A stretch of DNA of 64,000 bases from Paramecium tetraurelia (GCA_000165425.1 CT868130.1:62001-126000); one strand, 5' to 3'. Positions 24,781 through 37,415 are shown, numbered from the stretch's first letter. Numbers and translations are program-made. The notes: generated from the letters alone by a model not told the origin.

Positions 24781-26343
24781 TCAACTTTAAATTTTTGATG
24801 ATTTTCTAAATAATTTAAATTGATACATTTTAGAAGAAATTTCACTTTCCACATGTAGTCCCCTGTCAATTAGATTCACGTATTTCTTATCCTCTTTGTA
24901 GACCAATAGAGATGCCATAGTTGCCATTATAGCCAACAACAATAAGAATGATTCTGTCACAATCTTAGAATCAGTCAACCTAATTAAATCTGTTAATACA
25001 TCTCAAAGAAACTGCAAATATGTGGTGTTACAGAAATCCCAAAATTCTATAAACAAACAAAAAGAGCCAAACTTCTCCCATATTTATGTGGATGAGTTAA
25101 GTATAATACACTGCTCCATACTGTAGTATAGGATAATGCGAAAGAGAACCCTAGCAATAGTAACCCTTCAAATGGGGATTGCAACAACACTAACAAGTGA
25201 GCCCAAATGGCCATCAATCCCGAGAAAATAGTCTTTCTATTTTAGATGATATCTTACCAAAGTTGATCTCTAACCAAACAAATCTATTACGAAACCTAAT
25301 AAGGGAGTTATAAATCCTGAGAACAGCCACATCAATGTCACTAATTTTCTAGCCAAGTCTTCTCCATTTTGAAGGTTGATTAACCATTTATTCAAAAGAA
25401 ACTCTTGTGCATAGCCTACCAATACGAGAACTGACGTTGAAGCAAAAGTGTAAAAGAATAGCAATAACCAATATAAAATGGGAAATTCATGTCTGTTCCC
25501 ATAACCACAAAAATTTTCATAGAAATTTTACTCCAACACTTCTGACTCTATTTATTAGGCTTCAATGTAATCTTATTCAATTTTAATCTCCTCTCCATCA
25601 TCTTATAACGAGAATATTTCACTTGGACCTTGCTTTTAATAAAGTTGTGAAGATTTTTTGATGCCTTCTTCAATTTAAAAATAGTTTGCTCCTTTTTACA
25701 TGATTACTGATTAAACATTAGTATCAATATCTCTGGTTACTAAAGCCATTATCAACCCTAAAATGGTAAATAATAATGCAATAACATTTGAAGCATATAC
25801 CGAATCAAAGTTTGGAGCGAACAATGTACAAACTACCATTCCACTCATATATACTAATTAATACATTCCTAACACAAAGGTCTAAATAACAATAAATTTA
25901 TTATATACCAAATATGTAAATTTGTAATAGGAACAAATAAAAGAGGTTAACACAATTAATAAAGATTCTATTCCCCAACCTAGAATCAACCTCCCTATGA
26001 TGAAAGTAGTCATATTTCCTGAATGAATACCAATTGTGGAAATAAATTAGCCAATAACGCATAATGAATTTTGAAAAAGAATTGCAAAAGTATCTCCATA
26101 AGAATCCCTTAAGACTCCTGAGAAATAGGGGAGAAATGAATTTAATAAATAATGGAGAGTAGTCAAAAGGCTCAAAAATTCTTTTTCATCATCTAAATTA
26201 AATATTTCTCCAAGATTTCCCAACTATTGTGGCAATACTAAACAGTATGCTGACGCTATTAATCCAAAAGAAGTCGTTAATACTAGATGCCATTTTGATT
26301 TGTGATTCTATTTATCCAAATAAAATTAGTTAATATTCTTCAT
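24781..26343 (-). CDS. MFS transporter, MFSD1-like
   Basis: About 12 TM segments; FIIGRLILGWGIESL; GFITPLLGFVIDLFG; LLGFSFALSYTTVWSS; long central loop; TGA at 24781-24783. Confidence 0.85.
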
Positions 26344-26607
26344 AATTCTTCAATATTTGGTTATTAAAAACAATAATTTTATATTTTTGAAAGTTAAAAG
26401 ATCATAAATCAGAAAACCTTAAAATATACAAAGAACATGCAAATATATTAATGAGAGAAATGGAGTTTAATATTAATAATCTTTATTAAAACTGAAATAA
26501 ATTTATACAATATAATATTATCTCATCGGTTTAAGTGGCAACCTAAAATGAGATTTAAGAAATTATTAAAGAGTTATCATTTGAGTACTTAATATTAATT
26601 TAATATT

Positions 26608-27587
26608 TCAAAATTAGTTACCCTGAATTTATTAAGCATATTTAAAGAACTCGTGATTAACAAATTCTGTAGCCGTAATTCTGTTATATTCTTCTGCTAG
26701 TCCTCCCTCTATCAAGTCTTTTAAATTTTCGAGTAATTACTTTGGAGTATTTTCTCTTATTAATTACTAATCCACATTCTAGATAAAATCTAGTTTCCAA
26801 AATAGATCTGGCTAGTTGATTAATAATTAATAATATTAATCCTCTTTTGTAGGAACCTATCCCATAATTGGTGGTCGTTTGTAAATTGCTAAAAATAATG
26901 CTGTTGTTAAGGCATAAACATCTGCACTAAACAAGCAAAATTCTTGGAATTCACGTTCATCTAGGTTGAGTCTAAAATTAACAATCTCTGGACTCGAATA
27001 GGGAGTGAGAGTTCTGGGTAGCCATTTTGAAAGGAGATCTTCAAATGAAGGTCTGTAGCTGAAACCAAAGTCTGCTAATTTGATGCAATTTCTGTTAAAG
27101 ACGAGCATGTTTTCAAGTTTGATATCGTTGTGTGCTATATACTGGGAATGTAAATATTCAAGAGCAATAGAAATTTAAGTGAAGTACTTGATTATAATTT
27201 TGAGTGATGTTTCATTAGTTTTACAAAGAGTATGCAGATCACAGGTGGCATTTTCAAGGAATAAACTGCAACACTATAGGTTCCCTCCTGCAGGATCCAA
27301 TTGATGATGAGGGATGAATTATTAGGGTTTAATGATGTTTGGATGATTGAGTTAACTCAATATTTTCCATTCATTCTGTAGATCTTGGCATTCTCGTTAA
27401 TGAACAGAGTTGCAGGTGTTCTCATCTTCAATGAAAAGTTGCCCATGAAACACCGATTTAATGACGACAGTCTAGTGAACTTAGAATAAAACATTACCTC
27501 TGATGGGCCTACTCGACGGTGGATGTAGGAATTGTTGCCTTGTTGGATCAATTAGAGATGATCTGTTATCTAGTTGATTTGCTACAT
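26608..27587 (-). CDS. Ser/Thr protein kinase (divergent, non-RD)
   Basis: After a 26-nt intron: TVVIK, NEWKILSQLNHPNII, YLHSQYIAHNDIKLENML, KLADFG, YSSPE, ADVYAL, RITATEFVNHEFF. Confidence 0.92.
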
Positions 27588-27619
27588 ATATATTTTTATA
27601 TATTATAAATGTTTATTTT

Positions 27620-27959
27620 TCATTCTTCTTCTTTTTTTTCTTCTTTTGGTCCTTAAACAACAATCAGCAAGAATTCCTTATCTGGAGCCACCATAATCTC
27701 GTTATTTTTGGACTTTATGCGTAGAAAGGTCAATTCATTCATGGGATCTAGGTCTCTGACAGTGGATCTGCGAATAAATTTAAGTAACTTACTTGGCTTT
27801 GGCTGCCAGAGTTGGGATTGTCCTGGCGATATTTTCGCCTTCTTTGCTCTCTGTTCCATAGGTGCTGCGTATGATTTGGCCGTCATTGTTACAAATAACT
27901 ATCCCTTAAACTGATTTATGGGTTTTGATTCTATTTATTGTTTCCTCTATATCAGACAT
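27620..27959 (-). CDS. DYNLRB: Dynein light chain, roadblock/LC7 type
   Basis: [27 protein letters not shown]...[38 protein letters not shown]; 25-nt intron. Confidence 0.96.
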
Positions 27960-27973
27960 TATTAATTATAAAA

Positions 27974-30040
27974 ATGAGAGCAACTTTATTTTAGTAGTTA
28001 AGAAAAACCAGAGCTGAATCCGCTAAGGTTGGAGTAAATCGAAATAAGTAAATTCTTGATACTTCTGAACTCGTGGGAAGATAAAGCTTTTATAGGAAAA
28101 GACGACTGGATGACCCCAATAATTCGGTGCTTGACCAGACAAGTTCGTTTCGATTCCCTGAGAAGGAGAAATATGAATAGGAATTAAAGTATCTGAAGAA
28201 CAATTTACATTCTCTGGAAAGTGAAAATATTAAACTCAAAACCAAAATTCATCAATTAGAAGGTAAGCATCTTCAATTTTAAAATTAGATAATCAATTAA
28301 AATAAGAGAAGATGTTACAAGAATTAGATCGTGTAGGTCCTGCTAAAACCCAACTATTAAGAACTTTAACTTATGCAACGGCATTAAATGCATTAAAAAA
28401 GGAATTAAATAACATGAAAATGTAAATGTAAAAAAAAGATCAGGAACTCGTAAACATGAAGAAAAACTAAAGATATACTTAAATGAATGAATTGTAAATT
28501 GAAAGAACTGCTTTTCAAGAAGAGACGGTTAGATTAAGATAATAAATTGAATAATTATTTTAAGCCAGTTTATACAATTTACAATAGAATAATGTAGAAT
28601 AGGCAATTCAAGAAAGGTTGTTTCAACTGATTACTTAATTGTAAGAACATGTCATCTAAAAAAGTGAAATGCAAAAAGTAATAGAAAGACTTAAAAAGGA
28701 ATGTTTGAAATACAGAGTAATCTATTGATTATTTATATTAGTCGTCATAAATTGAATAGGAATTCAGAAGCAAAAAGGAAATCAAGAGACTGATAGACCA
28801 ATTGAAAGAAGAAGCCTGTAATTCATAAAAAGATAGCAACAAAGAAACTTCATAATAAACCAAACCAGATGAGCTCTAATTACTAACAGATTTGATGTTT
28901 GCAAAATAAGAAGCCTAAGCCAAATAAAATGAAATCGATGGCTTAAATCGGATTATTATTGATCTCGAAACTTATATTAAAGATCTAAATGCAAAACAGA
29001 AATCAGAAACCTAAGAAATCACGCCACAATCTCAAAGAATCGAAACATCAACCAAATCCAAAGTTATTAAGATCTAAATCCCAGTATTTGCAACTGAAAT
29101 TATGCAAGAAGTTGCTTTGCCAATAAAAAACTCGATTGTAATCTAGGAGTAGATCTAACAGTAAGTTAAATAACCTCCAAGAAGAAGGATTGTACCAGTT
29201 AAATTTGATGAGATCAAAAACATAGGAGAAACATTGAAGTATAGATTGATGGCTATGGATGTAAATATTGCATAGTTGGATGAATATTTATTTGAAGGAG
29301 ACTCTATGAGTTATCGAGAACTAAAGGAGAAGTTAAGGCTTTACCCTTTTAATTTAACAAGTGAAGAGTCTTTACTGGTTTCTCGTTACATTATGGAAAG
29401 CGAAAATGACGTTTATGAATTGTTGGACACAGCCTCTAATTTTAATCCATATATTCGCTCAGTTTTGAGAAGAATAGTATCGAACTACAAATTGGAAATA
29501 GTGAAAAATCAATTGTTTCATTCTGAAAAACTAAAAGATGTCTTGACTAGATTTAAACCATTCATTTTAAGCAATATCAAACAACTTTATGGTAAGGATT
29601 GTATAAGGGTGAATAAATAATAATTTAATGAAGCTTTGATGTCTTTAAACATTGAATTGAATTCATTTGAGTTGGATTACTTAATTGTTTAAGGAATCTT
29701 GGAGAGTAAGGGAATTGAATCATTAAATTATGAGGAGATGCTAAAATATGAAATGAAGGTGATTCCAGACCAGTAACTCTCTTTTTTATTGACTGAAATA
29801 AACAATTAATAAAATTAGAAAGCAGAGATGTCAGTTATTGAAGAATGTCCAGAGAAACTTTCTGAATAGGATTAATAGGAATAGGTAGATCGCAAATAAG
29901 AGTAGATGGTAATGGAGTAATAAAAGAATGGAGGGGAACAATATGTCACTTTTGATAAATATGTGAGTGAATAATTTGACTCGGATAGCGAAGAATCAAA
30001 ATAAGAAATATTGACATCAGCTTTTAACTTGGAATAGTGA
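27974..30040 (+). CDS. Large coiled-coil protein with degenerate EF-hand-like C-terminal region
   Basis: EKEKYEQELKYLKNNLHSLESENIKLKTKI; long heptads; YPFNLTSEESLLVSRYIME; several tiny introns; TGA at 30038-30040. Confidence 0.7.
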
Positions 30041-30099
30041 TAATTATTATTTAATTTTTATTTTATAAATAATAAATAAAATTTATTTCAATAATAAAA

Positions 30100-30525
30100 A
30101 TGAGTTTTAGAATAGAAGAGTCTCCGTAATTCAAAGGAGAAGAATTAAATCTCTCTAAAATATATCAGAATAGGGAATCCCACTTCTCTGGATTCTCTTT
30201 TCCAAGTAGTGTCAGACAGTAGAAAAAGTTTAATTTTCAGGCCTCTGTCGAAACCAAGACTCCAACTCCGAATCAAACTAATATAGAGAATGCTCCGAGT
30301 GATTTGAGCTATGAAATAGAGAAATTGGTTAGAGAGCGGGAGCAATTATTAGGAGATGTGCAGTATTTTGATCCAAAAGTCACCTTTAATGTTGATGAAT
30401 CCCCACAGAGGATACGCATACAAAGAAACAGTGCTCCAATGCCAAATACTAAACTGCATCAATTGAATTAGCAAATAATCGATGCTGAACACACCTACAA
30501 TTAATTTTGCTATTAATTAATTTGA
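30100..30525 (+). CDS. Hypothetical protein (141 aa)
   Basis: Uninterrupted code-6 frame from ATG to TGA with higher GC than the flanking DNA. Confidence 0.6.
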
Positions 30526-30553
30526 ATATATAAAATTATATTTTATTATATTT

Positions 30554-31785
30554 ATGGATCCAATAAATATTCCTGCTGCTGGATCAAGGCCTCAGAAATC
30601 GACTCTAGATTAAGCTCCTTCTGTTAGATAGAAGTACATTTTCAAATAATGAAATAGTCAGCAATAAAGATCAGATATCTTTGGTGTGAATTCAGGCCCT
30701 GTGGTCTAAACACCTAGTAGACAATAATAACGTGCTAAAACAGATATTTTTGGAGTTGAATAAAGTGCAACATAATCACTTGCTTAATCGAGAGTTGAAG
30801 TAAGATGTTATGCTAATAATTTATAGACAAGATAGACAAAAACTTATCAATCCAACATATTTTAGGTTGATCCCTCTGCTAATAATACACACACAGCTAA
30901 GGAGACCATTAAGACCTAAAATAAAGGGAAGAATACTGAAGCAAGACATCAAGATCACGGAAAAGATTTTTTGTTTGGAAAAAGCGGTATTTTAAAATAA
31001 CAATCAATGTATTAGATTTTGATGAGTATAAATCAATTAAGCGAACATAAACATTGAAGGAATTCAAACCAAAAGAGGAATATGATCCAGCCAACAGAAG
31101 AGTCAAGGAATTGTATGGAAATGAAATCGGAAAGGAACATTTACCAACACAAAAGGTATCACTAGAAGAAAAAAAAGAAACAGTTAAAAAGTAATAGAAG
31201 CAGGATGTTGATCCATCATAAAGAAAATAATTAGAGAACTCATCAAATGTTTTTGGATAAAATGAAAAGAAAACTTATTAATAACAGGGGAAATAAGAAA
31301 AGTTGACATCCTAAAATCAAAAATGGTCGACTTCTACTAAGGCAGTTGATAATAGCGGAAAGAACTATGATCCAGATACTTTTGCAAAGAATAAAAAAGA
31401 ACAGGAATTATAATCGAGTGTATTTGGAGGAGATGCAAAATAAACACAAAGCACAGCTACCAAATAAAAGTTAATTCCCACTAATCAAACATGGCAATAA
31501 ACTGATACTGTTAAAAATATGAAAGATTTTGATCCATCATAGTCATAAATAAATGAGATTGATCCTTCATAAAAGAAGATCGATACATTAAAATCAACAT
31601 TAGATACTCACGATTATAAGGCTTAACCTGTTAAGCACAATGAAAAGCTGAGTGTGAAATAGTAGAAGTACAAAAAGGATGTCTTTACAAGGGGAGGGGA
31701 TAAAGAATAAGCTCCTTCTCAATAAAAATAAAAATAACCTGTCTAATAACAGAAAGAAGTCCATGAATAATCAGACATGATTTGA
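30554..31785 (+). CDS. Low-complexity protein with repeated S/T-x-I/V-F-G motifs
   Basis: SDIFG, TDIFG, SNIF, SNVFG and SSVFGG repeats; three tiny introns; TGA at 31783-31785. Confidence 0.75.
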
Positions 31786-31923
31786 ATTATTGTATGAATT
31801 AATGTGAATATCCTCTATTTTTAAATTTATTCATCTATGTTATTACCGAACAAAATAAATTTTCAAGCATGAAAATCTATTTTGAAATGAAATCCTGTAA
31901 TACATTATATATTAATATATAAA

Positions 31924-32710
31924 ATGATCAGAATTAAATTATTGAAATACTTTAGCTCCACAATAAATTAGGCAGACAGATAAAATTTCAATAAAATATA
32001 GGATTGGTGGAGTGTAGGTGGATCAATGGCACCTCTTTATTCATATAATCATTTGAGAGTTTAATTTATTCATGAAATCCTCAATAGACCATAAAAGGGA
32101 AAGTCATTAGCTGGATTGCATTCTTTGGACGTAGGAGTTGGAGGAGGAATTCTTAGTGAAAGCCTGAGAAGATTAGGAAGTAAAGTTACAGGAATTGATG
32201 TATCTGAAAATTCAATAGAGACTGCAATTTAGCATAAAAATACAGACCCAGAATTAAATGATTCAGACTTGGAATATAAATTAATAAGCATAGAGGAATT
32301 ATCAAAAAACCAAGAAAAGCAATTCGACATCATTACAGCAATGGAAGTAATAGAACATGTTGAAAATCTCCCATTATTTATAGAATCACTAGGGAAATTA
32401 CTAAAGCCTGATGGGAAACTATTTATCTCATCAATTAATAAAAGTTATGAATCTTATTTGAAATTAATTATTGGTGCGGAATATATTGCTAGAGTAGTTC
32501 CATAGGGTACTCATGATTGGAATAACTTTAAGACTCCAGAACAGGTGTGGCTGCAATTAAATAAATAGAAAATCAACATAGATGTGGTATGGTATGATAT
32601 TTTAATTATAGTTGCGTGGAGTAGAATATAACTTATTGAATGGAGAAATGAAATATAGTAATAATGAAACCCAATATATTATGGCTTGCAGCAAGTAAAA
32701 AATGGAATGA
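31924..32710 (+). CDS. COQ3: Ubiquinone biosynthesis O-methyltransferase (UbiG/Coq3)
   Basis: [79 protein letters not shown]. Confidence 0.95.
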
Positions 32711-33256
32711 TAATCATTTATTTTATAATATTCTAAATGTCACTCCAATTTATAAGTTAATTTACTAGAATAATTATTGTCCTTTCATTTTGATATCAAG
32801 ATTAATAATTTTATTGTTATTTTCCCTTTAATTTCCGAAGTATGTTACACACAGGATTTCTCTTAAGCTTCAAAAATTCAGGTGTTTTGGTAATAAAGTT
32901 TGAAAAGATTAATAAATTGATTATTCTTTAAAATGATCCTGAGGTTGTATATAGAAGTAAGAAGCTTACTATCAATTTAATGTATTCACTGTCTATTTAA
33001 AAATCTCCTATGACTGCCATAAACTCCTTACTTCAAAATAATTTATGTTGATTTAGATTACAATTATAAACTCGAAAGCGAAGTAAGTAATGTTAGAATT
33101 GAAATTAAAGACACAGAAGGACAATTCAGAAAATGGATGAATTGGAATTACGAAATATGAGAAGAAGTGCAAGTGAAGGAGGTGGGATGTTTAGAGGTGG
33201 AATTTTACTTGATCGATTGATTTAAGTTAAGAAATTGATGGAAAGAATAGTCAAAT

Positions 33257-34024
33257 TCACTTGGGTAACAATTTTTCAATTTCCCTCTTCAAGTTTCCTT
33301 TTCTTAATTCTTAGAGTAGGGTTTTGGTATCAGGATAAGCCTCTAAAATAATGGTCATGTCTTTGTCATCAACTTTCAACATTTCTCTTATTTCTAGATC
33401 TATAACCATAATCTTTATGATTACATTATGATTATTCACTCCTCCTTCTGGTCTACATCAAGGGTGCTTCCTACTGATCTAGAAGTCGGCGTTTTCTTTT
33501 CAAATTTATGTATTTGTGATCTCCACTTTACTTTTTAATTTCATCATAATCTAGGATGCTGTCATCTTCTAAGGGTAGATCCTTAATCATCTTGAGATTT
33601 AGTTTCACTTTTGTGCCTTTGACAGACACAGGAATGTCTCGATCGACTTTTTATTAAACCGGATTCTGTTGCTGCATTTAAAATGGCATGGTTGGCTAGG
33701 GTATGGTTTGCAACTAGGGTGGTTAGGGTATCATTGGAATTCTCATGGGAGCCATCTGAGGAAATTGTTGTATTTATGGGATTTATTACAATTGCTGCAT
33801 CATCATATAGTAGGGTGTGTAGTTCATTAATGGAGACCTAAGACAGTATAAGAGTTTAGAGGAATAAGTATATGGAGTATATATAAGTGGAAATAAGGAG
33901 TTATTGCTTACATGAATTGAGGACTCGGATAGATCATTGGAGTTTGTGGACTTTGCTATACTGGAGGGTATCCTGGAAGTTTTGCTTTTAGCATTGCCAA
34001 GTAATCTTATTATGGGAAGCTCAT
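33257..34024 (-). CDS. Hypothetical protein with P/Q/M/Y-rich N-terminus
   Basis: MSFPQQDYLAMLKAKLPGYPP...YYMMMQQ...KRKRR; needs either a 74-nt intron or an indel at 33838-33911, plus a 25-nt intron near 33400; TGA at 33257-33259. Confidence 0.6.
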
Positions 34025-34241
34025 TTTTGAGTTATTTAAATATATCTGTAAGAATTCCAATTCAGATTCGATATTTAGATTTACAAAAGATATTGGGTAG
34101 AAAAATCAGATCAATTCTAGCTTCATTTAAAGGTTTCTGCGTTTAATCTAGTTACATCCTGAGGGCAAGGGACGAAGCAACTACAGCTAGTTAACAATTT
34201 TGTTTATAAGTTATATCGAGAGATCTCTCATTAATATAAAA

Positions 34242-35142
34242 ATGCAAAAATCTCATTCTCCATAGCCTCGTCGTACAAACAGCAAATATTCATCCTTTCC
34301 CTTCAAATTGCCAATGAATAACCTTGCACTTCCTTTAACCAACAACCATGTGCAATCGGATTAAGGTACGAACTGGTAACTACCTGTAGGATAACAATCA
34401 GGCAAAAAGATTAAATAGCTTTTGCAAGTGAATACAAGGCCACTTATCAATCCGGCTAAAGTTCAAATTGATATTGAAAAACTACAGATTATTATGAATG
34501 GGAAGTATGAGAAAAATATCTCTAACACTTCCTATTCGATTTAGGTTGAAAATACTCTCAAAGAATTTCGATCCAAAATAGATGAATAAGATAGCATTAT
34601 TAGATTACAGGAATTCAAAATTAATAGATTGCAATAAGAACTCTTGTTCTCAAAATAATAATATTAACGCATGATGCAAAAATTAACATCACTTGATGGT
34701 AAATATAACTATTATCCACAATCAACTAAATTAACAAAGTCATAAATTAGCATGCCCTAAATTGAATAAGTGCCTTCAATTAATAAACTACTTCAAGTAG
34801 ACAATAAGAAAAAAAAAAATATACAAGAGAAAATTTAAGGGCTTGTGTTAGAAAACAAAAAGTTAAAAGATGAGGTTTAGAACAAATTTAAGGAAGTATT
34901 TCAACTTGTAAATGATTTTGCAATGGCTGTAGTCTGTTAAGCATCATCTCTCTATATTTAATAGATACAATCCATCGAATCAGTCTATGAAATGCATAAC
35001 AAGTAATTTGAAATTAAATGATAGTTTTACGAAAAATGATTATCAAGGCATGAGGGCGTAGTATGATATTTTGAATAGGGAAATCCAAATACTAGAGTAG
35101 TAGAAGGAAATATTATATGATAAAGTAATTTCATTACTTTGA
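34242..35142 (+). CDS. Hypothetical coiled-coil protein
   Basis: Long open code-6 frame with heptads (LKEFRSKIDEQDSIIRLQEFKINRLQQEL); tiny introns near the 3' end; TGA at 35140-35142. Confidence 0.65.
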
Positions 35143-35157
35143 AAATTATTATAATTA

Positions 35158-35890
35158 ATGAACGACATATAACCGGCTCCAAGTCTTGTTAAATATAGTA
35201 ATCCCATTCTCATTTCAAACAGTCAAAAGAAATAAATTAAATAACAGCCTCCAAGCAATACTGAAGATATTTTGAATGCCATTCTGCTTCCCAGAGAATT
35301 TAATCATCAGAAGAATCAATTGTAAATGTAATGTGTTTCTCCTGCACCCTCAACCAAACAAGATGTGCTTGAATTATAAGATAAATTAGATAAGTGGTTG
35401 CAATAAAGGTAGGCGAGAGAGACTGGTCTATGTCCAATTCGAGAGGAGTTATACTCACAGTGTTTTGATGAATTAATAAGACAAATTACAATTAATTGTG
35501 CAGAGAGAGGTATGCTCTTAGTAACAGTCCGAAATGAAGTGAGAATGGTCATTCAAACTTATTAAACTTTGTATGCATCAAGCATTGCATTTGGAATGAG
35601 AAAGTTTTTATCAGAAGAAGAAAAAAAAGTATTCAAAAATATTTAATTAGGCCGAATATCGATTAAGAATTAAATAATTGGATTAGGAGTGTACGGAATT
35701 GCAAAGACAGGTTGAATCTTTAGAATAAAAGTTGTTGGATACAAAATCGCAAGATGAAATTAAAAGATAGCAAACTAAAGAAGCTCATGCAGATATTGTT
35801 TCCTAATTAAAGGCTGACATAAAAGCTAAAGTAAATGGGGATCTTGAAAAAATACTCACTGGATAAAGAAAATTACCTGATAAGAAATGA
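35158..35890 (+). CDS. DNALI1: Axonemal inner-arm dynein light intermediate chain p28
   Basis: SLVKYSNP; TEDILNAILLPRE; QRQARETGLCPIREELYSQCFDELIRQITINCAERG; YQTLYASSIAFGMRK; 22-nt intron. Confidence 0.96.
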
Positions 35891-36003
35891 TGATATTCAA
35901 ATTATTTTCATTATTTTATATTCGATCATGTATTTAATGAAATTAATAAACATCTTATCATTATAAAATAAATATATTTAGATATTGGATATTTTTATTT
36001 TTT

Positions 36004-37208
36004 TCATAATATCAATAATCCTAACATTGCAATTAAGACTTAGAATATCATTGCATTTGAACTTTCGTCATCACATGAGACTCCTGCACAATTCTCTGAG
36101 TTGTATGTAAGCACCTAATCTTATGTTGGGCATGAACTAGAGGAAGTCTCTTTAATGCAAGTAACAGAAGTTGATCCAACCACTGAAGGGTCATCTGCAG
36201 TTTCTTACAAAATTCTTGCAGCTGTTGTTTCTCCCAATGTGGCATCAGAAGCAATGGTGACTTTATTACCCAAGAAGTTCAGTTTAAGTTAATACATTTA
36301 TTCACCATTCTATCCTTTATCCAATTTTTTAGGGGTCACTGTTTTTGATACTCCATCTGCAACCACTGTAATTTCAGCGTCCATGGGTTTCCATTTTCCA
36401 CCTTTAAAGCCATCTTAAGTGATTGTTTATTTAATATAAATGGTGTCTCCAACAACTAATTCATTAGTATTGAGAGGGGTTGAGCAGGTATCATCTGAGC
36501 ACAATGTCAATGTGGATTGAGCAGTATTGACACATTATTCTCCTGCAGTATCTGCGCATACCTACTCAGCTTGTACTTTTGGTTTGATCTCACTTGATTT
36601 AAGGGTTGCTAAATCTTTGCTAAAAACTCCAGAAAATTTAAAAGCAAAGAAAGCCAAGGGTTTAACACCATTATCGTTGGGTAATAACAAGGTCACAGAG
36701 ATGGCATAAAATCCGGTATATTTAATCTCATCTGTGGATTCATCCTTCAAAAATACTGTATCGAATTAACTATTAATATAAGATTTAAATACTCCTTATT
36801 GACGGTGAAGCTCCAAGTTCTTGATGTGTCTGTAGAGACTGATGTAATAGTAGAAGCATCAGCTACTTCATTAGTAAATGCAGCTCCAAATCTTCTCAAA
36901 TTAACCTGAATACATGTTGTAGTTTATCCGGTTTCTACAGAAGTCTAAAGGTCTTTGCCATTGGCAAATGTCAATGAGAATACAAGATTTCCATCCTTCA
37001 ATTACACACCGAATGTGGGTCTTCTGGCAATTTGTTTCTTTCCGTTAGCTTGTGTCTGTTTAAAGAATCCAATTTATGTCTTGCAATTTTTAGCATCCTT
37101 ACACTTTCCTTTTACTAGGACTTAGTCTTCTGTGCAAGTAGTTGTTGCTTCTTGAGAGATAGCAACAGAAACCAAGAATAGTATAAGCAATAAATGAAGA
37201 ATTTTCAT
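36004..37208 (-). CDS. Secreted, probably GPI-anchored, Thr/Cys-rich surface protein
   Basis: Signal peptide MKILHLLLILFLVSVAIS; LTLCSDDTC; ARILQE; ends SSNAMIFQVLIAMLGLLIL (small residues then a hydrophobic tail); one intron. Confidence 0.8.
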
Positions 37209-37403
37209 AAAAAAGTAATATTGAATTACTGTATATTTTTCTAAGTGTATTTATAGCTCTATTTTATAGAAGATATTCCATAAGATAATTGATAATTAAT
37301 AATGAATAGTACGGATTTCTAGAATTCAATCATTTTTCGCATTTTACTGCGTAATCATAATAATATTGAAATTTTCAAAAATTATATTAGAATTCGATTT
37401 TCT

Positions 37404-37415
37404 CCCCCCCCCCCC
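37404..37415. repeat. C12 homopolymer in AT-rich intergenic DNA
   Basis: Twelve consecutive C residues read directly from the sequence. Confidence 0.9.

Noticed and set aside
27357..27500. Apparent frameshift in the kinase N-lobe
   Set aside because: Resolved by a canonical 26-nt intron (GTAATG...ACTAG) that restores VVIK and the alpha-C Glu in one frame.
32737..33256. Coding-looking plus-strand segments between COQ3 and the next gene
   Set aside because: No consistent ATG-to-TGA model could be built in any frame. It may be a small gene or pseudogene and is left unannotated.
33839..33910. Retained IES as an explanation of the 74-nt segment
   Set aside because: TA-to-TA excision removes 70 nt, which does not restore the frame, and the ends do not match the TAYAG consensus.
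34229..34244. Apparent fourth head-to-head pair (CAT at 34229-34231, ATG at 34242)
   Set aside because: The minus-strand frame from 34231 stops after about 40 codons; the real minus gene starts at 34024.
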